The notes: generated by a model from the sequence alone, not told the origin. Counted from the first letter of the stretch, positions 22,525 to 33,583 are shown. The stretch is 64,000 nt of DNA from an uncultured Methanosarcinaceae archaeon (GCA_963733675.1 CAVTET010000004.1:176072-240071), one strand, 5' to 3'. Program-made: numbers and translations.

Positions 22525-24498
22525 ATGGACAAGAGCGAGATTATAAAGGCAGTTATAGAAAAAGAGTACCAGATAAGCCCTGAAGCCGTTGAACTCATTA
22601 AATCCAGCAACTCGCCAGAATGCCTACTAAAATATGTCCTTTCAACTGTAAATGACTTTGTTGTTGTCATAGGGGCCGAGCATATAGATCTTGAAAGTTT
22701 TGTTGCTCATGACAGAGCTTCAAAGCTAATTCATGCAGAAAATAAAAAAAATCCTGGTTTCGAAAATTCAACCGAAAAGCCAAACTATGATGAAATACCA
22801 ATTTCTTCTTTAAAAGCAGGAGAATTTCTTTCAGTATCTAGCAAACTTTCCCCTAAATTAGATGATGTTTCCTCAGAGACGGGGATCCCTTCTCCAGTCA
22901 ACGACTCTGTGCCGAGCCTCTACCCAAATCCGCTTCCAGATTCAATTTCAGTACCAGATATAACTTATAAACCAATTCCAGATCTCAAATCAGATAATAT
23001 TTCATCAGAGGAGGCATCGAGTTCTTACATTGCTTCAAGCTCGATTTCTTCATTGAGAACTGATCCTGAATTGGCCTTTTCCTTGCCATCTTCACAAGCT
23101 GGAGACAGATCAACTTCATCTTTTTTCGGAGAGGGGAATTCTCTACCTTCGTCCCCTTCAAACCGAGTTTCCAGGGAAAATCCATCTTTATCTGTTTTCG
23201 GAAAGGGCTTCTCGTCTAGTCCCAGTGACAAAGTGCACAGAAGTTTTCCCGGCAGGAATCCTGTGACCGTAATTTCCGATATATCAGGGGATTCAACATG
23301 TGTTGGAGAATATATGCAGTTTGTTCAATACTTCAGGAATAGATACAGCAGGCTTTCAGCGATTATACGGAGTAGAATAAGTGCGCGTCCTATAGAAAGT
23401 TTAAGACGAAGAAGAAGCCTTCGTCGTGAAGGGGACTGGGATTCTGAAGAAATATCTATAATCGGGATGGTTTCTGACATCAGTAGCACAAATAACGGCC
23501 ACAAAATATTATCTCTTGAAGATCCAACCGGCTCCTTCTCAGTTCTCATTCGAAATACTGATAAAGAACTTTTTGAACTGGCCTCACGAGTCCTGCTTGA
23601 TGAGGTCATAGGAGTAACGGGTTTGGTAAAGAGCGCCGGAAACCTGATGTTTGCCACAAAACTCATTCAGCCAGATGTACCCAATGGCGTTCAACAAAGA
23701 ACCCGAAGTCAAGGGAAAATAGTGATGATATCTGATGTGCATATAGGAAGTTCCCAGTTTCTTGAAGACGCTTGGCTGGATTTTCTTGACTTTTTGAAAG
23801 GAGAGTCTGAATCAGAAGTCATGCGGGAACTTGCCGCCAGTATCCGTTATCTTATTGTTGCAGGAGATCTTGTTGATGGGATAGGGATTTATCCTGATCA
23901 GGAATTAGAACTGGACATTATGGATATCTATGAGCAGTACATGAAAGCTGCAGAGTACTTAAAGGAAATTCCGGAGCATATACGTGTGATAATAAGTCCC
24001 GGTAATCATGATGCTGTTCGCCAGGCAGAACCTCAGCCTGCGCTTCCTGAAATAGTTCAGGCCTATTTCCCTCAAAATGTTATTTTCGTTGGTAACCCTT
24101 CTCTTGTTGATCTGGATGGTACTCGCATCCTCATCTACCACGGAAGATCAATTGATGACCTCGTAGCAAGCATTTCGGGGATCTCCTATCAGGAACCCGC
24201 CATGGCCGTTCTTGAAATGGTGAAGCGCAGGCACCTTGCTCCGACTTATGGGAGCAGGGTTTCCATATCTCCGGAAAAAATGGATTATTTCGTTATCGAC
24301 CATGTGCCGGATATCATCCACACTGGCCACGTCCATACCCTCGGAGTCCAGCGCTATAAAAATATCCTTCTTGTTAATTCCGGAACCTGGCAGGGTCAGA
24401 CAGAGTTTCAGAAACATGTAAACCTCACGCCAGTACCTGCAAGAGTCCCAATTGTGGATCTCGCGGATTTTACCTATAAAATTCTTAATTTTGACTGA
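22525..24498 (+). CDS. polB: DNA polymerase II (PolD) small subunit DP1
   Basis: C-terminal calcineurin-type phosphoesterase motifs (ISDVHIGS, VAGDLVDG, PGNHD, HTGHVH) and an OB region. It carries a long Ser/Pro-rich linker. Confidence 0.9.
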   Translation: MDKSEIIKAVIEKEYQISPEAVELIKSSNSPECLLKYVLSTVNDFVVVIGAEHIDLESFVAHDRASKLIHAENKKNPGFENSTEKPNYDEIPISSLKAGEFLSVSSKLSPKLDDVSSETGIPSPVNDSVPSLYPNPLPDSISVPDITYKPIPDLKSDNISSEEASSSYIASSSISSLRTDPELAFSLPSSQAGDRSTSSFFGEGNSLPSSPSNRVSRENPSLSVFGKGFSSSPSDKVHRSFPGRNPVTVISDISGDSTCVGEYMQFVQYFRNRYSRLSAIIRSRISARPIESLRRRRSLRREGDWDSEEISIIGMVSDISSTNNGHKILSLEDPTGSFSVLIRNTDKELFELASRVLLDEVIGVTGLVKSAGNLMFATKLIQPDVPNGVQQRTRSQGKIVMISDVHIGSSQFLEDAWLDFLDFLKGESESEVMRELAASIRYLIVAGDLVDGIGIYPDQELELDIMDIYEQYMKAAEYLKEIPEHIRVIISPGNHDAVRQAEPQPALPEIVQAYFPQNVIFVGNPSLVDLDGTRILIYHGRSIDDLVASISGISYQEPAMAVLEMVKRRHLAPTYGSRVSISPEKMDYFVIDHVPDIIHTGHVHTLGVQRYKNILLVNSGTWQGQTEFQKHVNLTPVPARVPIVDLADFTYKILNFD

Positions 24499-24625
24499 AT
24501 CTGGCCTGAAAAATCTTAACTTCAATGACTGAATTTGCGCAGATAGACAGTTCAAATAATTCTTATAGACCACAAATTTATCTAAAAATACTGCCCGATC
24601 TTTATATATACAACTAAGATTTAAT

Positions 24626-25639
24626 ATGCTGCAAATGCCTCAGGAAGAAAAGAAGGAGGACTTCGAAGAAGATTTATCGATTGTTCAGAAAGAAAACTGG
24701 AATAAAGAGTATACTTCTTTGCCAGTTGAGCCCTCTGATTTAAATACCCTTCTGAAAAAACAGGGCTATGCCCTCGCAGGCTGCCACTCAGCAGTTAAGA
24801 CCTGTCTCTGGCTTAGACACGCTATGAACGGTCAAGGTTTCTGCTATAAATCCAAATTTTATGGAGTACAATCTCACCGCTGCCTTCAGATGACTCCTAC
24901 TCTTATGTGCAACCAGAGGTGCCTCTTTTGCTGGCGACCCACTGAGATTTCTGTTCCTACGCCTGGTGAATGGGATTCTCCCAAAAAGATTGTAGAAGAA
25001 AGCATTGCCTGCCAGCACAAGTTGATCACGGGTTTTGGCGGTTCTCAGATCGCAATTAAGGAACGTTGGATTGAGAGCAATGAGCCGAATAATGTCGCCA
25101 TTTCCCTTTCTGGAGAGCCGACCATTTATCCTTACCTGCCAGAGCTTATCGAAGAATACAAAAAAATGGGCTTCACAGTTTTTTTAGTCACGAATGGAAC
25201 AAATCCTGAAATGCTTACAAAAGTTTTTCCTTCCCAGCTTTATATGAGTCTTGATGCTCCTGACATGGAAACTTATCTGAAGATATGTAAGCCCAAATCA
25301 GCTGCGCTCTGGGACAGAATCAACGAATCTCTGTCCATACTAGGGGGAAAAAAATCACGGACAGTCATCCGTACAACGCTGGTCAAGGGAAAAAACATGT
25401 TTAGATCCGAGCATTATGCCGAGCTGATAAAAAAAGGTTCTCCTGACTTTGTCGAAGTAAAAGCTTATATGCATCTGGGCTTTTCACGGCTTCGTCTTGA
25501 CCGCTCTTCCATGCCCACTCATGTTGAGGTCTTAGAGTTCTCAAAAGAACTTGCAAAATGCCTGGGGTATGAAATAGCAGATGAATCTGAGATTAGCCGG
25601 GTTGTACTACTTTCAAAGGATGGTAAAATCCCACTTTGA
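24626..25639 (+). CDS. taw1: radical-SAM 4-demethylwyosine synthase Taw1 (TYW1 homolog)
   Basis: Radical-SAM CNQRCLFCWR plus the upstream Cys region (HSAVKTCLW, CYKSKFYG). The length is typical of archaeal Taw1. Confidence 0.88.
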   Translation: MLQMPQEEKKEDFEEDLSIVQKENWNKEYTSLPVEPSDLNTLLKKQGYALAGCHSAVKTCLWLRHAMNGQGFCYKSKFYGVQSHRCLQMTPTLMCNQRCLFCWRPTEISVPTPGEWDSPKKIVEESIACQHKLITGFGGSQIAIKERWIESNEPNNVAISLSGEPTIYPYLPELIEEYKKMGFTVFLVTNGTNPEMLTKVFPSQLYMSLDAPDMETYLKICKPKSAALWDRINESLSILGGKKSRTVIRTTLVKGKNMFRSEHYAELIKKGSPDFVEVKAYMHLGFSRLRLDRSSMPTHVEVLEFSKELAKCLGYEIADESEISRVVLLSKDGKIPL

Positions 25640-26540
25640 AAAGATCGTCAAATAAAACTAAAACCTAAATGGTCAATTTAAAATAACGCTCAATTTTTCC
25701 CATTCCAGTTAGCTTTATTTTTATCAGGTAGCCCATCATTAGTAATTGATGTTTTCATAATTAAATTTCCATTGTAACGAAATTTGTGTTTTCATGTACT
25801 GAAGCACATCTTGTCTAGCTCACAGCAATGGGTGCGGGTCGAGAACTACCAGAAAACTGCACTAAGTGCATTTTGGAAATCAATCAAATTAATAAAGTAC
25901 AGCGTTTATCTTAATAAACCAACAACTTTGAAGTAAAAATAAGTGTATATGAAGCTTTTGTCTTTATATGAATATATTATTTCAGTCTAGTGATAGAATC
26001 AAATTTAAACTTAAGTTTCAATTGGGATATGCCTTCATTAGGGATTAATTCAATTTTAAGCCAATTAGGTACAATTTAAGTAAAATCATGTCTCATATTT
26101 AGTTCGATCAACAGAATACGAAATGGGATAGGTTTGCACAGTATAAAGGGAGTTAACTGCGTATCAAAATTTTAGAGGCGCCTATTTATCTGGCAGATCT
26201 ATTCTTACTTTCAGGTTCTTCGTGTCTGAGCAATTTTTAGATTATACTTTTAAGTTGAGACGGATATTTACTGTTTGATTTTTCTTTATCAAATTTTCAG
26301 TTCACTATTGCCAAGTTAACCGAAAAGCTAAATGAATTGTAAACTGAATAACTAAATTTATTACGAAATCAAATTGATAATCTCATACAATTTCTTAGAT
26401 TGATAATCTCAAATATTTCTCAAATATTATAATCTCAAATTTCGATTCAAATATGACTGCATCGATTAGATAACAGATTTAAAATCAAATTTGCAGGAAA
26501 TACCAGAATTTAATCACTTGCCTATTGGAGAATTTTCGAA

Positions 26541-27788
26541 ATGACTGAACAATCCGCACATCAAAAGTATGAATTTAAGAAGAAGCTTGAAAGTCTCAGG
26601 GATAAGAAAGGAAGAAGTACTGAGCTGATTACTCTTTATATTCCTCTAGACAAACAAATTTTTGATGTTACAAACCAGTTGAAAGAAGAGCATGGACAAG
26701 CTGCAAACATTAAGTCCAAGCTTACCAGGACGAATGTACAGGGAGCCATAGAATCTCTTTTATCAAGGCTGAAATATCTTGACAAAGTGCCTGAAAATGG
26801 TATAGTATACTTTACAGGGGCTGTGGACATTGGGGCCAACAAAACCAACATGGAAAGTGAGGTGATAATTCCTCCGGAACCAATTATAGCTTACAAATAT
26901 CACTGCAATTCCACCTTTTACCTCGAGCCTCTTGAAGATATGCTCAAGGACAAAAATACCTTTGGGCTTTTGGTTCTGGATCGCAGGGAAGCTACTGTAG
27001 GATTGCTGGTTGGTAAGCGAATACAAGCCTTCCGCCATCTTACTTCCACGGTTCCGGGGAAGCAGAGGAAAGGAGGGCAGAGTGCCCACCGTTTTCAGCA
27101 GCTCAGGCTCATTGCTATCCATGATTTTTATAAAAAAATAGGCGCTGCTGCAAGTGAAATATTCCTTTCCATTGACCATAAGGATTTGAAAGGCGTCCTT
27201 ATAGGTGGGCCTTCTCCGACAAAAGAAGAGTTTTACGCAGGGGAGTTTCTGCACCATGAGCTCCAGAGGAAAATCATCGGACTATTTGACATATCTTACA
27301 CAGATGAATCCGGACTTCCCGAACTGTTGAATGCTGCAGGGGAAAAGCTCCAGGATCTTGAGCTTATGGGGCAAAAAAATGCTGTCAAGGCCTTTTTCAA
27401 AGAACTTATTTCTGACTCAGGAAAAGTAGCTTATGGGGAAACTCAGGTTCGGGCAAACCTCGAGATTAATGCTGTTGAAATGCTCTTACTCTCCGAAGAT
27501 CTACGGGCTGAAAGGGTGACCACGAAATGCAGCGTATGTGGATACGAGAATAAATGGACGAGGCGCTGGAAACCAGGTGAATCTGCTCCTACAGCCGGAA
27601 ACTGCCCAGAGTGCGGTTCTTCCATTGATGTAACAGATGTAACTGATATAGTTGATGAACTATCAGCGCTTGCTGACAAAAGCAATGCAAAGGTTACTTT
27701 CGTGTCTACAGACTTTGACGAAGGTTCACAGCTCATGAATGCTTTTGGAGGCATTGCTGCAATCCTGAGGTACAATACAGGGGTCTGA
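26541..27788 (+). CDS. prf1: peptide chain release factor aRF1
   Basis: NIKS loop (ANIKSKLTR), GGQ (KGGQSAHRF), YxCxxxF-like YHCNSTF, and a C-terminal domain with a CxxC...CxxC insert. Confidence 0.95.
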   Translation: MTEQSAHQKYEFKKKLESLRDKKGRSTELITLYIPLDKQIFDVTNQLKEEHGQAANIKSKLTRTNVQGAIESLLSRLKYLDKVPENGIVYFTGAVDIGANKTNMESEVIIPPEPIIAYKYHCNSTFYLEPLEDMLKDKNTFGLLVLDRREATVGLLVGKRIQAFRHLTSTVPGKQRKGGQSAHRFQQLRLIAIHDFYKKIGAAASEIFLSIDHKDLKGVLIGGPSPTKEEFYAGEFLHHELQRKIIGLFDISYTDESGLPELLNAAGEKLQDLELMGQKNAVKAFFKELISDSGKVAYGETQVRANLEINAVEMLLLSEDLRAERVTTKCSVCGYENKWTRRWKPGESAPTAGNCPECGSSIDVTDVTDIVDELSALADKSNAKVTFVSTDFDEGSQLMNAFGGIAAILRYNTGV

Positions 27789-27897
27789 TTTCGCTAATGC
27801 GGCCTGTCCCCCATATCAAGCACCTTTTTACCCAATACTTTTTAATGGAACTGCCCTTAGATCAGTGGATCAAAATTTAGTAAATAAATAATTTTTT

Positions 27898-27993
27898 CAT
27901 TATTTTCTGGGTTTTGATTGATTGCAGTCAATTGCCAATTAATTAATGGTGAATTTTTAATATTCCAGAGGATATTAAAAAATCTCTAAATTA
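27898..27993 (+). repeat. R3 repeat family, copy b (ends 43 bp upstream of the argS start)
   Basis: CATTATTTTCTGGGTTTTGATTGATTGCAGTCA...TTCCAGAGGATATTAAAAAATCTCTAAATTAATG. Confidence 0.7.
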
Positions 27994-28035
27994 ATGTTGT
28001 TATATTATTTTCATAGTTGTTAAAGGTGATTTATC

Positions 28036-29745
28036 TTGTTCATGGAACTCAAAGCTCAGGCTGTATCAATTTTAAAAGATGCTATCCAAAAAATCGGATT
28101 TGATGTTAAGGATTCCGAACTTTATTTTGAAACTTCTTCTCATGCCGACCTTGCAAGCAGAGCTGCCTTCAGGCTGGCAAGCCTTCACAGACAAAATCCC
28201 ACATACATAGCATCACGCATTGGTTCGGCAATTAAAATTCCTGCTGGTTCGTATATAGACAAAGTAGATTCCTCGGGTCCTTATATTAATTTCCATGGAG
28301 GAAGACATTACTTGAATAGGACTATCGCCACAATCCTGGAAGAGAAAGAAAAATTCGGTTGTGGAGCCCAAAAAAATACAATTATCCTTGAACATACCTC
28401 AGCAAACCCTAACGGCCCATTGCACGTGGGACACATCCGTAATTCAATTATTGGAGATACTCTTGCTCGCATTCTCAAGCGCGCAGGGTACAATGTGGAA
28501 GTGCAGTACTATGTCAATGATATGGGACGCCAGATTGCTGTGGTCTCCTGGGCATGTGAACACTTTGAGCTTGACCGTTCCAAAAAACCAGATGCTGCTA
28601 TTGCTGACATATATATTAAGGCAAACACCGAATTGAATAAAAATTCAGAATATGTAACTGAAATAGATGTCCTTATGAAAAATGTGGAAGCTGGAGACGT
28701 CAAGACCATAGAACGCTTTGATAAGGCAGTTGCCCTAGCAATTGACGGAATCAAGGAGACTCTTCTTCGGTTAAACGTAGTTCATGATAAGTTCGTCAAT
28801 GAATCTCGTTTCCTTAAATCCGGAGCAGTAAAAGGTATCATCGAGCGGATCAAGGCTACTGGAAGGACAAAAATTGACAACGGAGCCGTTGTGGTAAACC
28901 TTTCTGACTACGGGTTTGAGAAAACCCTCGTAATACAGCGCTCAAATGGAACTTCTCTTTACACTACAAGAGACCTTGCTTATCACGAATGGAAAATGGA
29001 GCAAGCAGACCGTGTAATTGATGTACTTGGGGCAGATCACAAACTGATATCTGGCCAACTCAGAGCTACACTGAATGCAATCGGAATAGAGGAACCTGAG
29101 ATTGTGATCTTCGAGTTTGTATCTCTCCCTGAAGGCTCAATGAGCACACGCAGTGGCCAGTTCATAAGTGCTGATGACCTTTTTGGCAGGGTCATTGAAG
29201 CTGCCCTCAAACAGGTAAATACGCGCCGTCCGGAAACATCTGATGATTTCAAGAAGGAGGTCTCAGAAATGGTCGGAATAGGTGCAGTGAGATACGATAT
29301 AGTCAAGGTCTCCCCAGAAAAATCTACCGTTTTCAACTGGAAAACGGCTCTGGACTTTGAGAAGCAGGGAGCTCCTTATATCCAATATTCCTATGCCAGA
29401 GCCTGCAGTATCCTCGAAAAAGCAAAAGAGGATGCTACCTGGAAATTTTCCTTAGAAATAGATCCCTCCCTACTTGTTGAGGATAGCGAAATAAATCTAA
29501 TCAAAAAAATGGCAATGTTTGACCATATAATAGATCTTGGGGCTCTAGAACTCAAACCTCATGTTCTCGCAATCTATGCTCGCGAACTCGCCGATGCTTT
29601 TAATCAGTTCTATCATTTTATTCCGGTCATTTCTGCCGAAGATGAAAAAGTCAAGGGTGCAAGACTAGCCCTTGTAGACTGTGCAAGGATTGTGCTTGCA
29701 AATTCCCTTGATACTCTTGGAATCGCAGCCCCTGAATCTATGTGA
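28036..29745 (+). CDS. argS: arginine--tRNA ligase
   Basis: HIGH-type motif PNGPLHVGHIRN, an MSTRSG loop and a DALR anticodon-binding C-terminus. TTG start at 28036 or ATG at 28042. Confidence 0.95.
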   Translation: MFMELKAQAVSILKDAIQKIGFDVKDSELYFETSSHADLASRAAFRLASLHRQNPTYIASRIGSAIKIPAGSYIDKVDSSGPYINFHGGRHYLNRTIATILEEKEKFGCGAQKNTIILEHTSANPNGPLHVGHIRNSIIGDTLARILKRAGYNVEVQYYVNDMGRQIAVVSWACEHFELDRSKKPDAAIADIYIKANTELNKNSEYVTEIDVLMKNVEAGDVKTIERFDKAVALAIDGIKETLLRLNVVHDKFVNESRFLKSGAVKGIIERIKATGRTKIDNGAVVVNLSDYGFEKTLVIQRSNGTSLYTTRDLAYHEWKMEQADRVIDVLGADHKLISGQLRATLNAIGIEEPEIVIFEFVSLPEGSMSTRSGQFISADDLFGRVIEAALKQVNTRRPETSDDFKKEVSEMVGIGAVRYDIVKVSPEKSTVFNWKTALDFEKQGAPYIQYSYARACSILEKAKEDATWKFSLEIDPSLLVEDSEINLIKKMAMFDHIIDLGALELKPHVLAIYARELADAFNQFYHFIPVISAEDEKVKGARLALVDCARIVLANSLDTLGIAAPESM

Positions 29746-29938
29746 TAAGAAAAAAGTGATAAAAGAGATAAAATAAAAAGTAAAAAATGAATTTTTCTCA
29801 TCAATTAATAATCTTAATACTATTCCTTCGCATCACAGTTTACATATAACTAATTTAATGCGATTCACTTGTTATAAATAGTATACCATTCAACTAGTTT
29901 TCAACAGGCTTGAAGATAATGATTTGTTACGAGTGTAA

Positions 29939-30391
29939 ATGATAAATGAGGAAGTAACGATCCAATGGATTGAGGATATCAACATAATTACAGCGCTGAT
30001 ATCTTTCATTTACCGCTCTATCCATAAGTATTTTGCTAGAGAACTTGGTCAGTATCACATTGGATGGGGACATTTCGCTATTCTGATGTCACTGTATGAT
30101 CAGGAAGACCGTAGCCAGGATAGCCTTGCACAATCAAAAGGATTTAATAAAACGATGATTGCCAAATCTATATTGAGACTGGAAGAAGGTATTGTTTACC
30201 GTAAAATCGATCCGGAAGACAAACGAATCAAAAGGCTATATCTTACAGAAATTGGCAGAAAATTGAAGCCGGAGATGGTTAGAATAGAATTTGAGATAAA
30301 TGCATTTTTGCTTAAGGGTTTTGATTCAGATGAATTTTCATCAGCTACTGAGGTCGTTAGGAAGATTGCATTGAATGCAGCTAGACTCTAA
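29939..30391 (+). CDS. MarR-family winged-helix transcriptional regulator
   Basis: 150 aa. The central wHTH (SQDSLAQSKGFNKTMIAKSILRLEEGIVYRKIDPEDKRIKRLYLT) is typical of MarR. Lies upstream of the ABC exporter pair. Confidence 0.75.
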   Translation: MINEEVTIQWIEDINIITALISFIYRSIHKYFARELGQYHIGWGHFAILMSLYDQEDRSQDSLAQSKGFNKTMIAKSILRLEEGIVYRKIDPEDKRIKRLYLTEIGRKLKPEMVRIEFEINAFLLKGFDSDEFSSATEVVRKIALNAARL

Positions 30392-30420
30392 TGAACACAC
30401 ATTCCAAAGATAAAAATTAA

Positions 30421-30511
30421 AGAGGATTTCGATAAACCTCTGACTTTTTTGAATTATGTATATACAATTTATAGGCATAGGACGAAATATGGGGTTTTAT
30501 AGAAATCCTCT
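30421..30511 (+). repeat. M1 repeat, copy 10
   Basis: AGAGGATTTCGATAAACCTCTGAC...GGGGTTTTATAGAAATCCTCT. Confidence 0.88.
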
Positions 30512-30867
30512 AAAATATTATTTAAAATGAGCTCCAAGCAGCAATAAGGACTTACGCACTTAAGAAACAAAATTAAGCATAATATACATCATGATTTAAA
30601 ATCTATATTAAAGCCGGCTAGGTTTTAGAGCTGTGATTTTTCAGTCTAACAGGTTAAGTCCTGAAGAATATAGTACCTTTGAATGTTTGCAAGTGCTGAA
30701 AATGGGACAAATTTATAAATATTGTACCAGGCCCCAATTATGGGAAATCTTTCTTTTAGAACATTGTGTAGAATTCTTCCTGTAAATCTGTGTATCATAA
30801 GAAACTTTTAATATAAAAATTGTCTAAATTTAATATTTTTTTAATTGAAAAAACACAAGGATCAATC

Positions 30868-31662
30868 ATGCAAAATATACTTGTAGTCCAATCCCTTACT
30901 AAAAAATTTGACGATTTCACCGCTGTAGATGACATCAGCTTTAATGTTGAAAAAGGTTCGATATTCGCTTTTCTAGGTCCAAACGGCGCAGGCAAATCCA
31001 CGACAATAAAAATGCTCACAACAGTCCTGAAACCCACATTCGGAGAAATAAGCATCAATGGTTTCGATGTGCTCAAAGAACAAAGTAAGGCTCGTGAATC
31101 TTTTGGGATCGTCTTCCAAGATAATAGTCTTGATGAAGATCTTACAGCCTACGAAAACATGGTCTACCATGCAGTTATCTACAAAGTACCTAAAAAAGAA
31201 AGAGCAGAAAGGATTCAGAAAGCTCTTGCTATTGTTGGACTCTGTGATAGATGGAGCGAATATGTCAAAAAGTATTCAGGGGGGATGAAGCGTAGGCTAG
31301 AGATTGCGCGGTCATTTGTCCATTACCCTAAAATTCTTTTCCTAGATGAGCCCACTGTGGGTCTTGACCCCCAGACTAGAAACGCTATATGGAGCCACAT
31401 CAGAAAATTGAACGAAGAACAAAAAATAACGGTTTTTCTAACAACGCATTACATGGAAGAAGCTGAAGCAATTGCAAACAATGTCGCAATCATTGATCAC
31501 GGTAAAATTATAGAATCTGGCACAGTTGAGGAAATTAAAAAACGAACCAAAACCGAATTATTAGAGGAGGCATTCCTTAAGTTGACAGGTAGGGATATTC
31601 GCGATGATAATAATGGAGCAAATAAACAAAAAATGATGCGTGGCTTGGGGAGGATGAGATAA
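30868..31662 (+). CDS. ABC transporter ATP-binding protein (DrrA/ABC-2 type)
   Basis: Walker A GPNGAGKST, signature YSGGMKRRL, Walker B ILFLDEPT. The start is moved to ATG 30868 after AAGGA. Confidence 0.9.
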   Translation: MQNILVVQSLTKKFDDFTAVDDISFNVEKGSIFAFLGPNGAGKSTTIKMLTTVLKPTFGEISINGFDVLKEQSKARESFGIVFQDNSLDEDLTAYENMVYHAVIYKVPKKERAERIQKALAIVGLCDRWSEYVKKYSGGMKRRLEIARSFVHYPKILFLDEPTVGLDPQTRNAIWSHIRKLNEEQKITVFLTTHYMEEAEAIANNVAIIDHGKIIESGTVEEIKKRTKTELLEEAFLKLTGRDIRDDNNGANKQKMMRGLGRMR

Positions 31663-32414
31663 TGATCGAAATTGTCTATATACTCTGCCTGAGGCAGTTC
31701 AAGCATTATTGGCGCTCCAAGGCTAGATTAATAGGTTCTCTTGGCCAGCCTCTACTTTTCATGGTAGCATTCGGATTCGGATTTGGTCCAATGTATACCA
31801 GAGCTAATGAAGGGGCAAACTACATTGACTTTATAGCTCCGGGAATTATCACCATGGCAATTCTCTTTACAGCTGTTTTTTCGGGCCTTGAGATAATATG
31901 GGACAGAAAATTCGGTTTTCTTAAAGAGACCCTGGTAGCTCCGATATCTAGGACAGAAATCATGATCGGTAAAACATTTGGAGGAGCAATCATATCAATG
32001 ATTCAGGGCCTAATAATGCTAAGCATAACCTATTTGTTTGGGTTCAGGATTCCCAATCTAGGTAGCCTTTGGATGGGGCTAATTTTCATGTTCCTGATAG
32101 CTATATTCTTTTCAGGCCTTGGTCTTACAATAGCCTCCAAAATGGAAGATATGCAAGGCTTCCAAATGATATTGAACTTCGTGATTATGCCCATCTTTTT
32201 CCTATCAGGTGCTTTCTTTTCCCTCAAAGATTTGCCGGATTCAATTTATTTAATAAGTAGACTCGATCCACTTACCTATGGCGTAGACGGCCTCAGAGGA
32301 TCATTGGGCGGAGTAAGCACTTTTGGCATCTACAACGATCTGTTAGCAATAGGTTCACTGTCAGTCCTTATATGTGCAATTGGAACAGTGTTTTTTTTGA
32401 AAATCGAGGCATAA
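31662..32414 (+). CDS. ABC-2 type transporter permease
   Basis: 250 aa with about six hydrophobic helices. The start overlaps the stop of the ATPase gene (ATAATG). Confidence 0.85.
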   Translation: MIEIVYILCLRQFKHYWRSKARLIGSLGQPLLFMVAFGFGFGPMYTRANEGANYIDFIAPGIITMAILFTAVFSGLEIIWDRKFGFLKETLVAPISRTEIMIGKTFGGAIISMIQGLIMLSITYLFGFRIPNLGSLWMGLIFMFLIAIFFSGLGLTIASKMEDMQGFQMILNFVIMPIFFLSGAFFSLKDLPDSIYLISRLDPLTYGVDGLRGSLGGVSTFGIYNDLLAIGSLSVLICAIGTVFFLKIEA

Positions 32415-32525
32415 GCATCCATAGTTACTCTCCAAAAAACTGGGTTTAAAGGTCCAAAGATTGAAAAACCAAAAAAGGATCAGGAGAGGCAGTAATTTCG
32501 ATTTGATGTAGTTCCGAGTGACTAT

Positions 32526-32585
32526 TGAGGATTAAAATAAATCTCTGATTTTCACGAGTCATTTGAGAATTTCGATAAACTCTAT
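32526..32585 (+). repeat. M1 repeat, copy 11 (a truncated left half followed by a second left terminus)
   Basis: TGAGGATTAAAATAAATCTCTGATTTTCACGAGTCATT, then GAGAATTTCGATAAACTC. Confidence 0.7.
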
Positions 32586-33583
32586 CCATTTGACATTGGA
32601 AAGCTTAAGTCTTTAACAATAATTTTTACTCATGAAAAATTTTACTTATTTTGCTCTTAAAGAAGAATGTAAATATTTTCAGCCAGTTGGAACTAAATTT
32701 GCTGAAATCGATTCCTTAATTCCTTGAAAATCTTTCAGTATCATTTTTGAGTTTTTTTGTCTATGTTTTCGATAACTTGATCATTGCATTTTATACAAAA
32801 ATATATCGTATTTGACCAATTACATCCCAGTAAATGCAAAAAAGTATTCTGAAGTACAGAAATATATTAAGTATATTTTGATGCAGGTTAAGTATAAATT
32901 AATTAATTGTTATATGACGTCTGGTTGGTTTGTCAGAAATTGGATAACGGATTTGAAATAGTATAGTAAACTTTAAAAGTTGGCGCCAGAAATTTTATTA
33001 CCACCTAACATAACACTTTACTGGCGCTACTTTCACAATCACCATGGATGACACTTCAATAAAACTATAAATAAAAATACTAATAGAATAATCATTGTCT
33101 ATTAAATTTAATTTATTTTTTGCATCATTAAATTATATAATAACTTTTTGGCTTTTTAACATAATAATGGCCTTGCTTGCGACTAACTATTTTCTGTTTA
33201 TCAGTTAATGTGATACAGCTGATCTTATGTGTTAAAAAGTTGATTTTCTTGGCTGCAGTTGATCTGATACCTCAACCTGCCGGCAAGTCAACTGCAAGGT
33301 ACGGGAATACCTATGAATTATAACTAGATTTAAAGTATTCTATATCTTTTACATATTGTTGCATATATACTACTTAGTACTAACTTAAACTAATTTATGA
33401 AATTTCTGTGGTCTGATCTTTTATATTAGAAGTGGATCTGTCCTCCCTGCCCTTTTTGAAAAACCGGATTGAATTTTATTATAATCATATAAATATGAAT
33501 AGATCAAATTCCCATAAATGCATAGTTTTTGTGTTAAAAGCTCTGAATTTTCGAAGTTACATCCAGAATAAAAAAACATTGAA

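Noticed and set aside
27500-27650. CxxC...CxxC zinc-ribbon-like insert in the aRF1 C-terminal domain, considered as a novelty linked to UAG reassignment.
   Set aside because: As far as I recall, such a mini-domain insert is a common feature of archaeal aRF1 proteins. Nothing in the NIKS or YxCxxxF regions looks unusual without an alignment.
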